DNA of 64,000 nt from Paragordius varius. Lineage: Eukaryota; Animalia; Nematomorpha. The stretch spans positions 4,526,001 to 4,590,000 of the forward strand of contig OZ176050.1 of NCBI GenBank assembly GCA_964247055.1, written 5' to 3'. Of the stretch, positions 1-12,700 are shown in pieces. The stretch's first letter is position 1; the number at the start of each line of letters is the position of its first letter. The translations under genes were made by a program, and so were the position numbers. The notes below the pieces were generated by a model that saw nothing but the letters and a program-made list of their open reading frames with translations, was not told where the DNA came from and did not search any database.

Positions 1-539
1 GCTCTGAAAATCAAATGCGATACAGGCGGATGGCCGATAAGTTTTTGGTTTTAAACCCTTTATAAAATAATCGATCGGCGAATTAGGTTAATTATATAAT
101 ATTTTTAAAATTTAAAAAAACAAAACGTTTAAATTAAAATTCTGAGCTAATATAAATCAATCTCATGAAGTTTTCTAGATAATTATTATTATACCATTTG
201 CACCATGCTTTAATATACCATAATACACTAAATTTTGTTATAAATAAATTTTTTAAGCAAAATATGATATCCATTTTAAAACTAAATTTTGGTAGCGATT
301 CGCTTTTATTTTAAGAAAAACCATTTTGGTTAAAAAAATTGACTTCTGCCATTTAAAAATTAATATTAAAAAAAATTGTTTTTTATGTAATTTATGATAT
401 AAGTGATATTTTTGGAAGACATTTAGCTTGCAACAAAAAAATTTATTTAACCAAATGTGCACAAATTTCGCCCTTTTCTGCTCCGGCGGGGGCATTCAAA
501 AAATATATGGGCATATAAAATATTTTTTAGATTTTAAAG

Positions 540-1050
540 CTACATTACCTCTTCACTTTTTTGTTTTAAATACATTTTGGGGTAGTTTTATATCCCGCAG
601 TACAATTTTGTAAATGAACTACAGTTTTGATGGTTATTTTAGATAAATAATTATCAAACATATTTATCATGTATTAAAAACTATATTTTTACAGTTTTGT
701 GACTAAAAGTAAAATTGGCACAGCTTTTAAAGATAGAAATGAACAGCTGATATATAATAAATCAAATATTAGCCGATAAAAAGCAGCCCTAGATTTAAGT
801 TAATTATTTAAATTTTCTAACCATATACATCTATTTGCCTGTCGCATTAGCCATTAAAAAGTTATTGAAAAAATGGCAAAATAGTTTGAAATGATGATTT
901 TTTTACTATTTTACAATTAAAAAAATTTTTTGTATAATGCACCTAAAGGACGAAAGAAAGGATATATTTTAATTGGTCTTAATAATACCTTAAAGATTTA
1001 ATAGGATATTCAAATTATAAATGATTCCGATATAAAAAAATACCCCATAA
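540..1050 (+). mobile_element. Degenerate copy of piggyBac-like MITE family B
   Basis: Carries TTTTGGGGTAGTTTTATATCCC and shares internal text with the copies at 59540-60041 and 61425-61924; ends eroded, boundaries approximate. Confidence 0.45.
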
Positions 1051-1485
1051 GGTAATAAAGTTTTAACATAAGATTGTAAATCTACTATTTATTTAATTTT
1101 TGCTATAGTTCATTATGTTTCACAATATAATTTTACTTAAATTTCCTAACATTTGCATTTATGACATCTCGCGGGCTGGAAAAATAATTCAAAGGTCGGG
1201 GCGCTTTTTGAACACCCCTGTATTAGAACATAATATAATTTAAATGGTTGCAAATCAATAAATTGAGGTCTAACTTCCGTTTAATAAATCGGCATTTAGC
1301 AACACAAATTTATAATAGAATGTGAAAAATAAAAATCGATCTGATAATTTCCCTATAAATATATAGAAATCAATGTAAGTTGAAAAAAATTTTAACATTT
1401 TATTAAATTATTTTTTATTACAAATATTTTTTACTTGATGTGCATATAAATATAAGATATAAATATCATCTTTACACCTTTTAAC

Positions 1486-2021
1486 ATGAAGCTTTTCCTA
1501 CGCTCAGCATCTCAAAAATTAACAGTTCTTGATGTTTGCCCTGCTGATAAAATAGGAGGAGTGATAGTAAGATTTATTTTAATTTTAGGATATCACCTCC
1601 GATAGTTATGTTTCCTTGAATGGTCAACCACTAAATTCTGAACTTTCTTTTGAATCCTACGACATAAACGAGTATTCAACTGTGGATGTTTTACAACAAA
1701 TAAATGGAGGTTTGTATTTTATTATGTGATGATATTGTCTCGTTCGTATGAACTAATGATTGTTGATTAACCCTGATTTATTTCGTTTTTTATATATTTA
1801 TATGATGAAACTATTAATATTCATATTACTTTACAGGCAAAGTTCACGGATCTTTAGCTCGTGCTGGTAAAGTTAAAGGGCAAACACCAAAAGTTGAAAA
1901 ACAAGAAAAAAAGAAAGCCAAAACTGGCAGAGCTAAACGCAGAATTCAGTACAATAGGCGATTTGTTAACATTGTTGCTGACGGCCGTATGAAAAAGCGA
2001 GGCCCAAATTCTAATTCTTAA
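1486..2021 (+). CDS. FAU: Ubiquitin-like FUBI / 40S ribosomal protein eS30 fusion; exons 1486-1566, 1589-1709, 1837-2021
   Basis: Spliced product [128 protein letters not shown]. The S30 part is unmistakable. Introns are GT-AG, 22 nt (1567-1588) and 127 nt (1710-1836). Confidence 0.97.
1722..1780 (+). ncRNA. Intronic box C/D snoRNA, predicted 18S rRNA 2'-O-methylation guide
   Basis: Box C GTGATGA 1726-1732, D' ATGA 1748-1751, C'-like ATGATTG 1756-1762, box D CTGA 1773-1776. The guide GTCTCGTTCGT (1737-1747) is complementary to the conserved 18S motif ACGAACGAGAC. It sits in a ribosomal-protein intron 60 nt from the 3' splice site. Confidence 0.72.
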
Positions 2022-2364
2022 TGTTTCTTTAACTTAATAAATATTTAATTATTACGCTTTTGAAAATCAAATAGCGATTCTTAACTTGTTATCTACATGA
2101 TATTTATACTTTCAGAATAATTTTATGAGGCCTGCTAAAAATAAAAGAATCAAATTTGGCTTAATTTACTAAAATTATATATTATTTAAATATTTTATTT
2201 CTAATTTTTTAACTTTTAAATCGTTATTTTCTCTAGTGCAAAAATTCTAATTTTTCAAAATAGCTAAATTAAATTTTTTTATTTATTAATTGTTTAAAAT
2301 TTGTTTCATATGATTGTTTAAGCTAACTGCAATTTTACCTATGTTAAAATGTAATCTTTAAAAC

Positions 2365-2627
2365 CAGGCGTATCTAACATAAATGGCCTCGCGGGTCATC
2401 AAAAAATCCGACGGGCCGCATTCGCAAAATATATGAATAAGGATTTTATTAATTTTAAACATAAAACTGCAAAAACCACTGTTTAATTTAACAATATTTA
2501 TGAGTATTGCCAAAATTCGTAAAGACTTATTTAGAGTGGATCTTGTAAATTTTTTTCTTCAAAATTTCTCGCGGGCTGGATTAATAGTTTGGAGGGCTCC
2601 TCTCGAGCCACATGTTGGACACGCCTG
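2365..2627. mobile_element. hAT (Buster-type) MITE
   Basis: TIRs CAGGCGTATCTAACAT / ATGTTGGACACGCCTG; 8-bp flanks TTTAAAAC / TTTTAAAC (7/8, nnnTAnnn-like); subterminal CGCGGG / GGGCCGCA motifs. Confidence 0.8.
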
Positions 2628-4517
2628 TTTTAAACCATTTTTTTGGCAATCAATTCTTTAATTAGGCGGACGTTAGTCTAACTTATCGGTATTGTGGCCC
2701 TTGGGACAAATAAAATATTTTTTTCGATCTTTCAAAAAAAATTAAATGAGTACCACCCACAATTCAGGTTAAACTTTTTGGATTCGGACAACTCATCTCT
2801 AAAATTTATAATAATCAATGTAATTTTTATATCTTAACCCATAAACATATATAGTAAAAATATTAGTCTTCGAGGAGGTTATGACCTCAGAGCAATTTTT
2901 ATTCTTTAAAAATACCCATAGAGATACGGCCAAATAATTTTTTGGGACAAATTTTGATTAAAAACGAATTTTCCCAATTGAATTAGGGTAATTCCAAAAC
3001 AAATAGCCTTTAATATAATTTTTAGGCTCAGGAATAACCCAAAAAATATTTAACATTTAATAAGGTTAAAAATTTAAATTGTTAAAACAAAACTTAGTAA
3101 ACAAACACTTATTTCAATAAATCCAAGCCGTTTTTCGCAATTAAAAACACACAAAAACATCTAACATAAGTAAAAATGATGCGTAAGGGGTTTTTTGTTT
3201 GCTTCATTATTTTTATGGCAAAATTAAAAATCTGCTCTATGCTACACTTTAAAATTTGCCAAATTTTACATTCTTATATACTAACAGTAAAACCAATTTT
3301 TCCGCACCAGGGTAAGGCTTTTCAAATTTTATTGCTACAAATATCTAAAATTCAAATTAAATAAAGAAAGCTTAGTTAGCGGTAAGTGACTTTTGGTTTT
3401 TCTTCTAAATATAAAATACTGAAATTACATTTAATGTAAAATATTAATCATTTGTAACACAGTTTTGTGATAAAATTAGCTTTGTATTATTCATATAATG
3501 TGCGGTGGAATGTGTAAAATTGAACAATAAGAAAAAATCTTTAAACTATTTATGCCTCCAGTTTAAAATAAAATTTTATAAAAATCCATTATATTTGAAT
3601 TTGGCTTGGTTTGCTATGCATCTTGAATCAATAATAACTCTGATTATTTATAATATATAAAATGATTTTTGGCTCTAGATTTACAATCAATAAATTTTGA
3701 ATATACTGTATTGTTTTTAAATTGGTGGTTATAAAATAATTTTAATAAGATCAGCTAGCAAATTTCTTTTATTAAAAATTAGTTTTGTTAAAAAATAACC
3801 GTTAATATATTATTCTATATCCGTGCGGAATAAATGTTTATTTCGACTAATGTGATGGTTATTTTGTCATTTATATAAATCTTCGCCTAAAATACCAATT
3901 ATATTAAATTTTGCAGTTGTCTTAATGTTTTAATGTATTCTAATGAGCAGTGTTTAAGTAGCGACTTGTTAAAATAAATATTAGTTTAAGTTAATAAACT
4001 AAAACAGATAATTGCAGAAATGCATTTAAATATAGCTTAACAAAATTTAACTTTGTTTTTTTAAAAAAACAGGGGTATGTTGACCGAACCCATATTTTCT
4101 ACATCACAAAGTGGATGAAAAGGCATTAAACGATTCATCAATAAATAACGAATAAAAAACTTGTTGTAGTCTCAAATACTTGAGTAGTAATATTTTCCCG
4201 AGATCGTGTAGGAAATCTTTTTGAATATCTTATATATTTGAAGCATATACAAATTAAATAATTAGTGGTAAAAAATATTGGCATTATATAAGCAATCAAA
4301 AATCAACTTTTACAGTCGATTCATCTTAAAAATATGGATATACAGGCTCAATTTTCAAACAGGGTAATGAGCTGCATTTTCAATACAAAAAATCCGGCAC
4401 GAATCTTGAAAATATGTCGTACAACAAAATATATTAATTATAATTTTATACTTATTTATATAAAACAAATTTACCACAATTTTATTTTTTTATAACACTT
4501 ATTGTGTTTATATTATA

Positions 4518-5998
4518 CTAGCGTAAATCTCGGGCTTGGGGGGTGGGAGCGCTATTTGAAAAAAGGGATCAACAAAATTGTGATCCATATATGTGGATTA
4601 TTTCGAAACATTATTTAATAGTTATGATGTCATAAGATTTTCAAAACGGTGCTTCATAGAATTTTCAAAACTGTGCATTCATACCGATATATTTTTTACT
4701 GGTGTGAAGGCCCAAATTGACGGCTAACGGAAAAAACCGCTATACTATAATTTTTACCTTTTTATGGGTATTATTTAAAGCCTTTATTGAACTCGTATGG
4801 CTTCTTAAGTTTTTTGAAAATTACAAAACCACGCCATTTATGTATGGCGTCTCAGTTCTAAACCGGTAGACCCTTACCCAGAAAAAAGAATTAAATTCTT
4901 TGCCTTTATAGGGCAAATATTTGGAATCATCTTTGATACCATTATCTCATGGGTTATTCGAATAAAAAAACTGATCACTAAATAATCCTTATATGATGGC
5001 GTATTTTTAGGGCATAAAAACCCTAAATTAACGACTAATAAAAAACGCCTGACCTTAATTTTTACCTAATCACAAGTAATATTTCCAGCTTTTAATCATA
5101 TGGCTGCCTAAATTTTCTGTATATTAGCTCCAAAACAACGCAATTTCTATATAGTGGCGCAGTTTTTGGGGGGTAGCTCCGTACCAAGGGGCAGGTATAA
5201 AAAAGCGTAGGGTAAAATTTTTGCCTTACTTTGGGTAACACCTGGAATCATGATTGATTCCATATGCTCTCGTGGGATTTTCGAAAAATCGTCTCAAAAC
5301 TAAAAAATCATTCTATGATGGCGCATTTTTCAGGGAATGAAAGGATTGATTAACGGCTAATTTTAAGAAGCCGCTCGACCTAAACTTTTATCTTGTTACG
5401 GGTAATATTTTAAGGGGCTATTGAACTCATATGGCCTGATAGTTCAGAAATTTAGCCCCAGAGACACGCAATTTCGATATGACGGGGCAGTTTTTAGCGT
5501 TCTCCTTACCCAGCAAATATAAAAGAAACGCACGCCTAAAATTTTTAGTTTTTAACAGGGCATACCTGCAATCCTCATTGAATTTTTACGGTCTCATACC
5601 TTAAGCGAAAAATAGATTCAAAAAAATCTTTTTTGGAGACTTGGTTTATTCAAAGAAATGGCATTTTACGGGGGTAGCGGGTAAAATGAGGGCCTAAATT
5701 AAAAAGGAGAACAGTCTATGTTCGGCGCAATCGAAAATAAGTAATAAAAATCATATTTGAAATCGAATGGTCCAACACGTTTTCCGGAAAATTGTCTCAA
5801 AGACACGATTTTTGTGCACTTATGTTTTCAAAAAAAACCGTTTTTTACAGGGGTGGGCCCGAACTGGGGGCCTAATTTAAAAAAGGAAGCTATTGTCGGG
5901 GCTAATGATTATATTTTTTTGACATTTGGATTTGAATGGGCCGCTTTTCCGAAAACAGGTTACAAAGCCAGGATTTTCCATTTTCATAAATATATAGA
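4518..5998 (-). mobile_element. Non-autonomous Helitron with internal ~320-bp tandem units
   Basis: On the minus strand it starts A^TC at 5998 and ends CTAG^T at 4518. It is homologous along its length to 45342-47365. The 3' hairpin is degenerate in this copy. Confidence 0.65.
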
Positions 5999-6148
5999 TT
6001 AAATAATGCTTAAAAGAAAATTAGGCAATTTTCCTTCATCATTAACCTTTCCTGAAAACGATCTGGGTATGTAAGCTAAAAATCTATTTTGCTTCGTCAC
6101 AGATGCCATCAATTATAAGACTCAGAGGCACAAATTAAATTTATCTTA

Positions 6149-6544
6149 TACCATTTAACAACTCAAAATTATCATTTTATTTGTTGTCTTATTATTCTCG
6201 AATGGATGTACTAGCAATATTTCAGAGTTTAAAACCGGATACGTAATTTTGGTTTGAACAATTCAACATCCTTGAACAATACAATTTCACCCTAAAATAA
6301 ATTATGTGTTTTTGGATAAAAATTACCTATCTTTATATTTTTAAAAATCAAACTTCGTTACAAATTAACATTATACTGAAAAAATAATAGGATGGGATAA
6401 AGAAATAATTCCTATCAATGATGATTTATATTATCCTGAAAACACATAACTTATTTTCAGAGTTATTTTAAATTTCAGGGGTGAATTTTATTTTTCAAGA
6501 GTGATTTTTAATTGTTCAAGGGCTAATTTGATGTGTAAATGGTA
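6149..6544. mobile_element. TACCATT-terminated foldback MITE (family C)
   Basis: Termini TACCATTT / AAATGGTA; internal TTGAACAA-TTC-AA-TTCACCC units in inverted orientation at the two ends, shared with 28094-28483. Confidence 0.6.
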
Positions 6545-7057
6545 TTTTACAAAATGTCATCATTTTATAATTACAGGAGTAACACAAATGACTATGTGAG
6601 ATACATTTTCAGCTTAAAGACGGCGGGCCATATAAAAAATAAATATTAATAAATATTTTATATTTCAATCATGACTCTGTAAAAAAAACCAAACCACAAT
6701 ATATTTATTAATAATTTTTAGAAGGCTATTAAAATAAAGAAGTAAAGTTTATCTCTAATAATGTAACTAGTATTATTTACCGTTTTCTTCTATAAATATT
6801 TTATATAAATGATGATTTTAACCTAAATGATAACCAATTTAAGGGTAATATGGTGTATTTAAATATGTATCGACAACCTTCACCGAACACTTAGTGGAGT
6901 TAATAAACAAAATAGGTATAATTTTGTATGATTTTATTATTATAAAAATATTTTAATGTAAATGATATGAATATTATAATTTTACCAGGATATCTTGTTA
7001 AATTACATAATATTGTATTATTTTGTTTTTTATTTTATTGTTCGCATGTATATTTTT

Positions 7058-7206
7058 TGGAGGGCAGCGTGTTTGACACTCATGGCGAACTTTTACATTA
7101 TGTGTGTAGTTTGAACGCCGTAACAATGCAATTTTTACATCATCACCGTCAACTCTGGGCAGGCGAGTGTTAAAGCTTTCACAAGTCCCGGAAAAAAGAG
7201 ACTCTT
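7058..7206 (+). mobile_element. Degenerate copy of tRNA-like SINE
   Basis: ATTTTTACATCATCACCGTCAACTCTGGGCAGGCGAGTGTTAAAGCTTTCACAAGTCCCGG matches the body of the minus-strand copy at 18825-18973. Confidence 0.45.
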
Positions 7207-7381
7207 AAATATGCTTTATAAGGTTTTCCCTAAATATTTATGGCGCTCATGATCTATGAATAGAAATTGTTGTAAATTATTATCTATTCACATAAAATTT
7301 TATTTATAAACTGAATTACTAATAATTTCATCGATAATATATTATTATTAATAATTCATTTATAATTATTTTGGTCTAATG

Positions 7382-7605
7382 CTAATCAAGGATCCAACAC
7401 AAATGGCTTTATAGGATTTTTAACATAAGACTACAAAATGCCAACGTAATATTACTTTTTTAGTTTTTGCTAAATGGATAGACTTCTTTACAAATATGTA
7501 AAGATATCAATTATGTTAGGGTTTATCATATTTTTGCAAATTATGAATTTTTCAATTTTTTGCGGGCCGCACAAGTCTCGGAGTGCCGCGTGTTGAACAT
7601 ACCTG
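7382..7605. mobile_element. hAT (Buster-type) MITE, left end eroded
   Basis: Right end TGCGGGCCGC...TGTTGAACATACCTG; flanks GTCTAATG / GTCTAATT (7/8, TA at positions 4-5). Confidence 0.55.
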
Positions 7606-7792
7606 GTCTAATTCAATACGGGATAAAATTCAACTAAGAAATAAATATAATTTCTGATTTTGAGATGTCTATATATACGAAACCGATATTCTTTCTAGAT
7701 CCATTCAGATTTTTTGTGCAATCCACCGAAAATTTGGCAAATTAAGATAACACAATTACATATTTCGCAAAAATACTGGTATGTATTTATAA

Positions 7793-8008
7793 CAGTCATG
7801 TATCCTTTCTTTTATCCAAAATTTATTTTTTTTTCGTTTAATGGGTATAAATATTTGGTAAATGGTAAAAAAGAGCTCTATGGTATTAAAAATATTATAT
7901 TTATTAAAAAAGTTACCCTAGAGCTCTGGTTTTCTATTCTTTACCAAATATTTATACCCATTTAACGAAAAAAATATAAATTTTTGATAAAATAAAGGTA
8001 CATGACTG
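7793..8008. mobile_element. Hairpin MITE with CAGTC termini (Tc1/mariner-like)
   Basis: ~90-bp inverted arms CAGTCATGTATCC...GAGCTCTA / TAGAGCTC...CATGACTG around a ~40-bp spacer; TA on the right flank. Confidence 0.65.
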
Positions 8009-8443
8009 TATTTCCAATTATTTGACATCCAATAAAATCTTTATGGAAGCCAATTTCTTTTTCAAACATATCAAAGAGCAACATTTTATTTAGCTTTTTG
8101 ATTACAAGTTATATAACTAGTATTTAGCCGATCGAATGATTTAATGAGTTAACAGAGTCAAAACATTTATGAAAAGTAATAAAATCTTGAGAAATTTGGC
8201 CGCAATTAAAATCGAGTGGATAATTAAGAACTCCTAAAAATGACATATATATAATTAGTTAGATTTCAAATGTAGGATGGTAAAATGCAAAGACGATATA
8301 ACATTTTCTAGTTGTTGTTAATTTAAACAAATTCAGAAAAATTGAGAAATGTTGATTATACTAAAATTTAAGAGCATATTTTTACAAATTATGCATTTCA
8401 AAATTTTTGCGGCCCGCGTGCTGTCCACCCATGGGTTAATTAA

Positions 8444-8998
8444 CACTTCGATACAAATTCGGGTATCTATATACCCCAGACTAAATTTAAATTAACTGAA
8501 GAAAACGGTTCTATTTTTAATTTATGCTTCTATCCTAATAAAAAGTATATAAATATGCCAAAATATCTAAATAAAATTTTGTTTTGAAAAAAAAATTCCA
8601 TGTCAAACTACTTCGACGCCATTTTTTTACAAAATTTTTGCAAAACGTCTTCATTTAATTTTATGGGTAAAATTAGAGCTGATTTTCATTTAAATCCCAT
8701 CTTACGATAGAAACCGAAAAAGCGGTTTATATTGTATTATTTTTCAATTTTACCATTGTGCACACATGTCATGTTGACTAAATTTTTGCCTTTTGGTTTT
8801 AGCTTAAAATAATAAATATCAAGTTTTTGAATAAAATTTTTTGTATATATCAGTTTTTTAATGTTATATAAGTGCAAAATTTTACCATGGCTTTGATATC
8901 TTCCATATTTTTTAAAGAATTTAATTTAAAACAGGCTTGGGGTATCCAACTACCCTAATTCGAATCGAAGGACTAAAATGAATATGTTGATCCAAGTG
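8444..8998 (+). mobile_element. piggyBac-like MITE family A
   Basis: TTAA|CACTT...AAGTG|TTAA; asymmetric subterminal inverted repeat, contiguous with the left end and offset by ~25 bp at the right end. Confidence 0.8.
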
Positions 8999-9038
8999 TT
9001 AAATAAATATAATTGCACTGAATATTTTTAGCTATTAA

Positions 9039-9619
9039 CACTTCGATTCAAATTGGGGTATCTAAATACCCCAGACTAAATTAAAATAATTTTTTTTAAA
9101 AACTAATGAAGGAAACGGTCTCAATTTAAATTTATACTTCTATACTGATAAATATTATATATATATGCCAAAATATCTTGATAAAATTTTGTTTTGAAAA
9201 AAAAGTTCCATCTCAAACTACTTCGACGCCATTTTTATTTTACAAAAATTTTGCAAAATATCGTCTTCATTTAATTTTAAGGGTATAACTAAAGCTTTAT
9301 TTGTATATAAATTACATCTAACATTGATAGAAATAGAAAAAGCGGTTTATATTGTATTATTTTTTAATTTTATATTATGACACATGTCACGTTGACCAAA
9401 TTTTTACCTTTCAGTTTTAGCTCAAAATAAGTAATAGCAAGTATTTTTGAATAATATTTTTTATATATTTCGGTTTATTAATGTTATATAAGTGCAAAAT
9501 TTTGCCATGGCTTCGATTGCTTCCATACTTTTTAAATTATTTGATTTTAAACAGGCCTGGGGTATCCAACTACCCCAATTTGAATCGAAGGACTAAAATG
9601 AATGTAATGTATCCAAGTG
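9039..9619 (+). mobile_element. piggyBac-like MITE family A (tandem neighbour)
   Basis: TTAA at 9035-9038 and 9620-9623; full-length 581-bp copy. Confidence 0.85.
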
Positions 9620-9734
9620 TTAAATGCTCTTTGTTCGATTTTAGTCCGAAATAGCTTATTATAATTATTTTATAATTTATAAATGATAATTTCTTTGTAT
9701 ATTATATTTTAGAAAAAACGGTTTATATAATACT

Positions 9735-12700
9735 ATGTTGTATCGATATCCCAAAATACCTAACATCAGGCAGTTTGAAAATCTGTACAAATCGGTAAAA
9801 AGCATGACTTCTATCTTGCAACAATCTTTGAAGGATTTAAATACCTCTGATATATTATTTAAAAGTAATTTATAATTTAATGTAGAAAATATATTAAATA
9901 GCCTCGTTGACGAGATATCAAGCAAAGCCTTTGATATGAATACCGAAAATAGTCGAATGTTGGAAAATATTATATTATCTTTGGATATAAACTTTTTATC
10001 ACCTTTTTGGACATTTATTGAAGCCAAATTATACGATTTTTTTAAAGATCCACATTGGTCACATATATTACAAACCTTAATTAAAAAAATTGTTCCGTGT
10101 GAAAAGGTTAGTAAATTTTAATTTTACAGAATATCCCACTGTTAACTACTTTAGTAAATTCTATTCAACAAGAATTTTATACACATCCTAATGCCTCTCA
10201 TATTATAATAACATTGTTATCAAAGTTATCTGGCTTAGAAATGGATCATCGCAATATTGAGTACAGTAAATATTCTGCCATGTATAAAAAATCATTTGCG
10301 TTAAAAGAAGTTAATGTTCCTAATACCACTGAAAACATTGTATACAACCAATGCATAAAGCTTTGTTTCCAAATCATTACAGAATTCCTGCAATATGTAT
10401 CTATCAAAGGTGTGTTAGATTTATTTTGGCATAAAAAGTATAACCAATTTAAATTAAATGACATTTTTATTTTGAGGTTCTCCTAACTTTATGTCATTGG
10501 CGAAGTTCACCCGATATGACGTTATAATTAACGAAAGCTTATTACATTAATTTAATAAATTATGAAAATTGATAATTTATTTTTTAAAATTTTAGCAAAT
10601 TTTTGCTGAAGCATAAGAAATATAAGCATGCGGAAAATCACAAAACCACCCTTTTAATTAATACCACTAAAGACGGGTTTTGCATAAAAAAATTTCTTTT
10701 TCAAAATTATTCATGAAAACACAATATGTACATCTTGTTGGCAAATAATTTATTGACGAAATTCTGACGTTAAAGAAATCATCGCGACATTGAATTAGGG
10801 ATTCTTTAATGAAAGTATTAGTAGCATGGTTAAAAATTCATTTTACGCTTTTACAAAAAATTGCCTATATCTAGCATAGTAAAATTCCAAGCCCAATTTC
10901 GGCTTTTTTGGTTCATTTTATAAACAATAACCTATTTGATCGGGCCTCAAAAATATGTTACTAGCGCAGAAAAATCGACCTTATACAAACATTGTTGTTT
11001 CAAACTTAATATTTTATCACGTATATTTGCAAATTCCATTTGATTTCCTAAAACAAATTAATTTAACATTTGTTTGAAATTTGCGTTTGATCACTTCGCT
11101 TAGAAACCATAATCATAAAATCTGATAATTAATTTTTTATATTATAATTTTTTTAATCAAAGGATAATGAGATAGGATTCGACATTTTTTAATAAGACCA
11201 ATTTGGACTAGCAATTTTTATTCGTTTTTCGTTCTATTGAAGTATTTTTTATTCGCTAAAAAACTTTTATCGTAGATATTGAAATATATATATATATATA
11301 TATATTAATGTAACACTCTTGATTTTTCTAATATAGTATTAATCGTATATGTGGATTTATATTGCCAATTAAAACATTTCTTTCGCTATTTTATATGTAG
11401 AATATTACTCCAATCAACATTTGGGAACGATCGTTGAATCATGTATTCTTGTGTGCTATAAATCTTTGTCAAATCCTTTAATAAACGAATCCAATTTATC
11501 CAAATTGATTAAAATACTTAAGCGCATTTTGAAGGATTGGAAGATAAATTTTGTTGAAACCAAAAAAATCACCAAGTATGCGTATTTTCAATAATAATAA
11601 AACATAATAAATGTTCTGTTTATTTTTATTTTGCTCGCATTGCTAAATATAATTGGTTGATATATATATTATTTTAACTAACATCCCCATTATTATAGCC
11701 CCTACAAGTAAAAATTAGATGGAGCTTATTCAGGGCACCATAAGTTGATTTATAAAATAAAATTAAAATGAATGCATTTTTAACAGATTATTGAATTATG
11801 ACTCTATTTTCGGTCATACAAAAATTGAATGATTAAAAATCAATGAGCGTTTTTTAGTTTTTTTATTTTAAAATACCTCGAATTTGAGTCATTAAGCAAT
11901 TATATAATCTATTTTCCAAAATATTTAAACTAACTTTTGGTAGCTACCTACCCTAAAATCTATAAAGTTAATTAAAGACATGCCCAAATTTTTATAATTA
12001 CAATATTGCGCATTTTTATTTGTAGCAATTACTTTATTCAATCATACCTCACTTAATTAAAAAAATATGGTCATAGGAATGATGGGAAAACCATCATCAA
12101 ATATACTTGTAAAGATCCAGATACGGTGTATACAAATACGTATGGTTCACACATCACACAAATTTTGGTTGAAAATTGTGTCGTAAACTTTGATGCAACA
12201 ATGTTAAACAGGAAGAAAGCAAGCATCCGCATAATTGATAAAATGCTCAAAATAATTGCTAAAATGTTTATGGCGGAAAACATAACTGATTTTGTGATCA
12301 ATCCTACGGCTAACTATGTTTTTCAAACTTTTTTGATTAACGTAGCAGTTCAACCCAAACTTATATCCCCAAAGGTAGGTTTATAATTTAGTAATATATA
12401 TATATATAAACATATTATATACACCTCATATTCACATAAAAATTACGTATATTATCGTTTGTGCAAATTATTTCACTATATTACACGTAAATTCATACAT
12501 ATTAGCTCATTTATATTAAAGGCGATTGCTAAAATTTTGTTTTTTTTTTCAACATCTCAGAAATTTAATAATCTTTCACAACAATTGATGAGTGCCTTAA
12601 ACGCCATTTATGATAATGGTAATTTTGGAATTTTGGTTGCATACATACAATGTTGCATACGACGGTGTCATTCCCCACAAAATAAGGATAATAAATCTCT

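Noticed and set aside
4090-4230. Minus-strand FYSLFIDES as a hAT transposase fragment
   Set aside because: Only a short motif, no flanking support.
10410-11400. Apparent in-frame stops in NOP9, suggesting a variant genetic code
   Set aside because: A single 991-nt phase-1 intron joins the frames cleanly; iPGM, globin, FAU and clarin are stop-free under the standard code.
9677-12301. Minus-strand ORFs at 9677-10027, 10246-10464 and 12071-12301
   Set aside because: Antisense shadows of NOP9 exons; no independent motifs.
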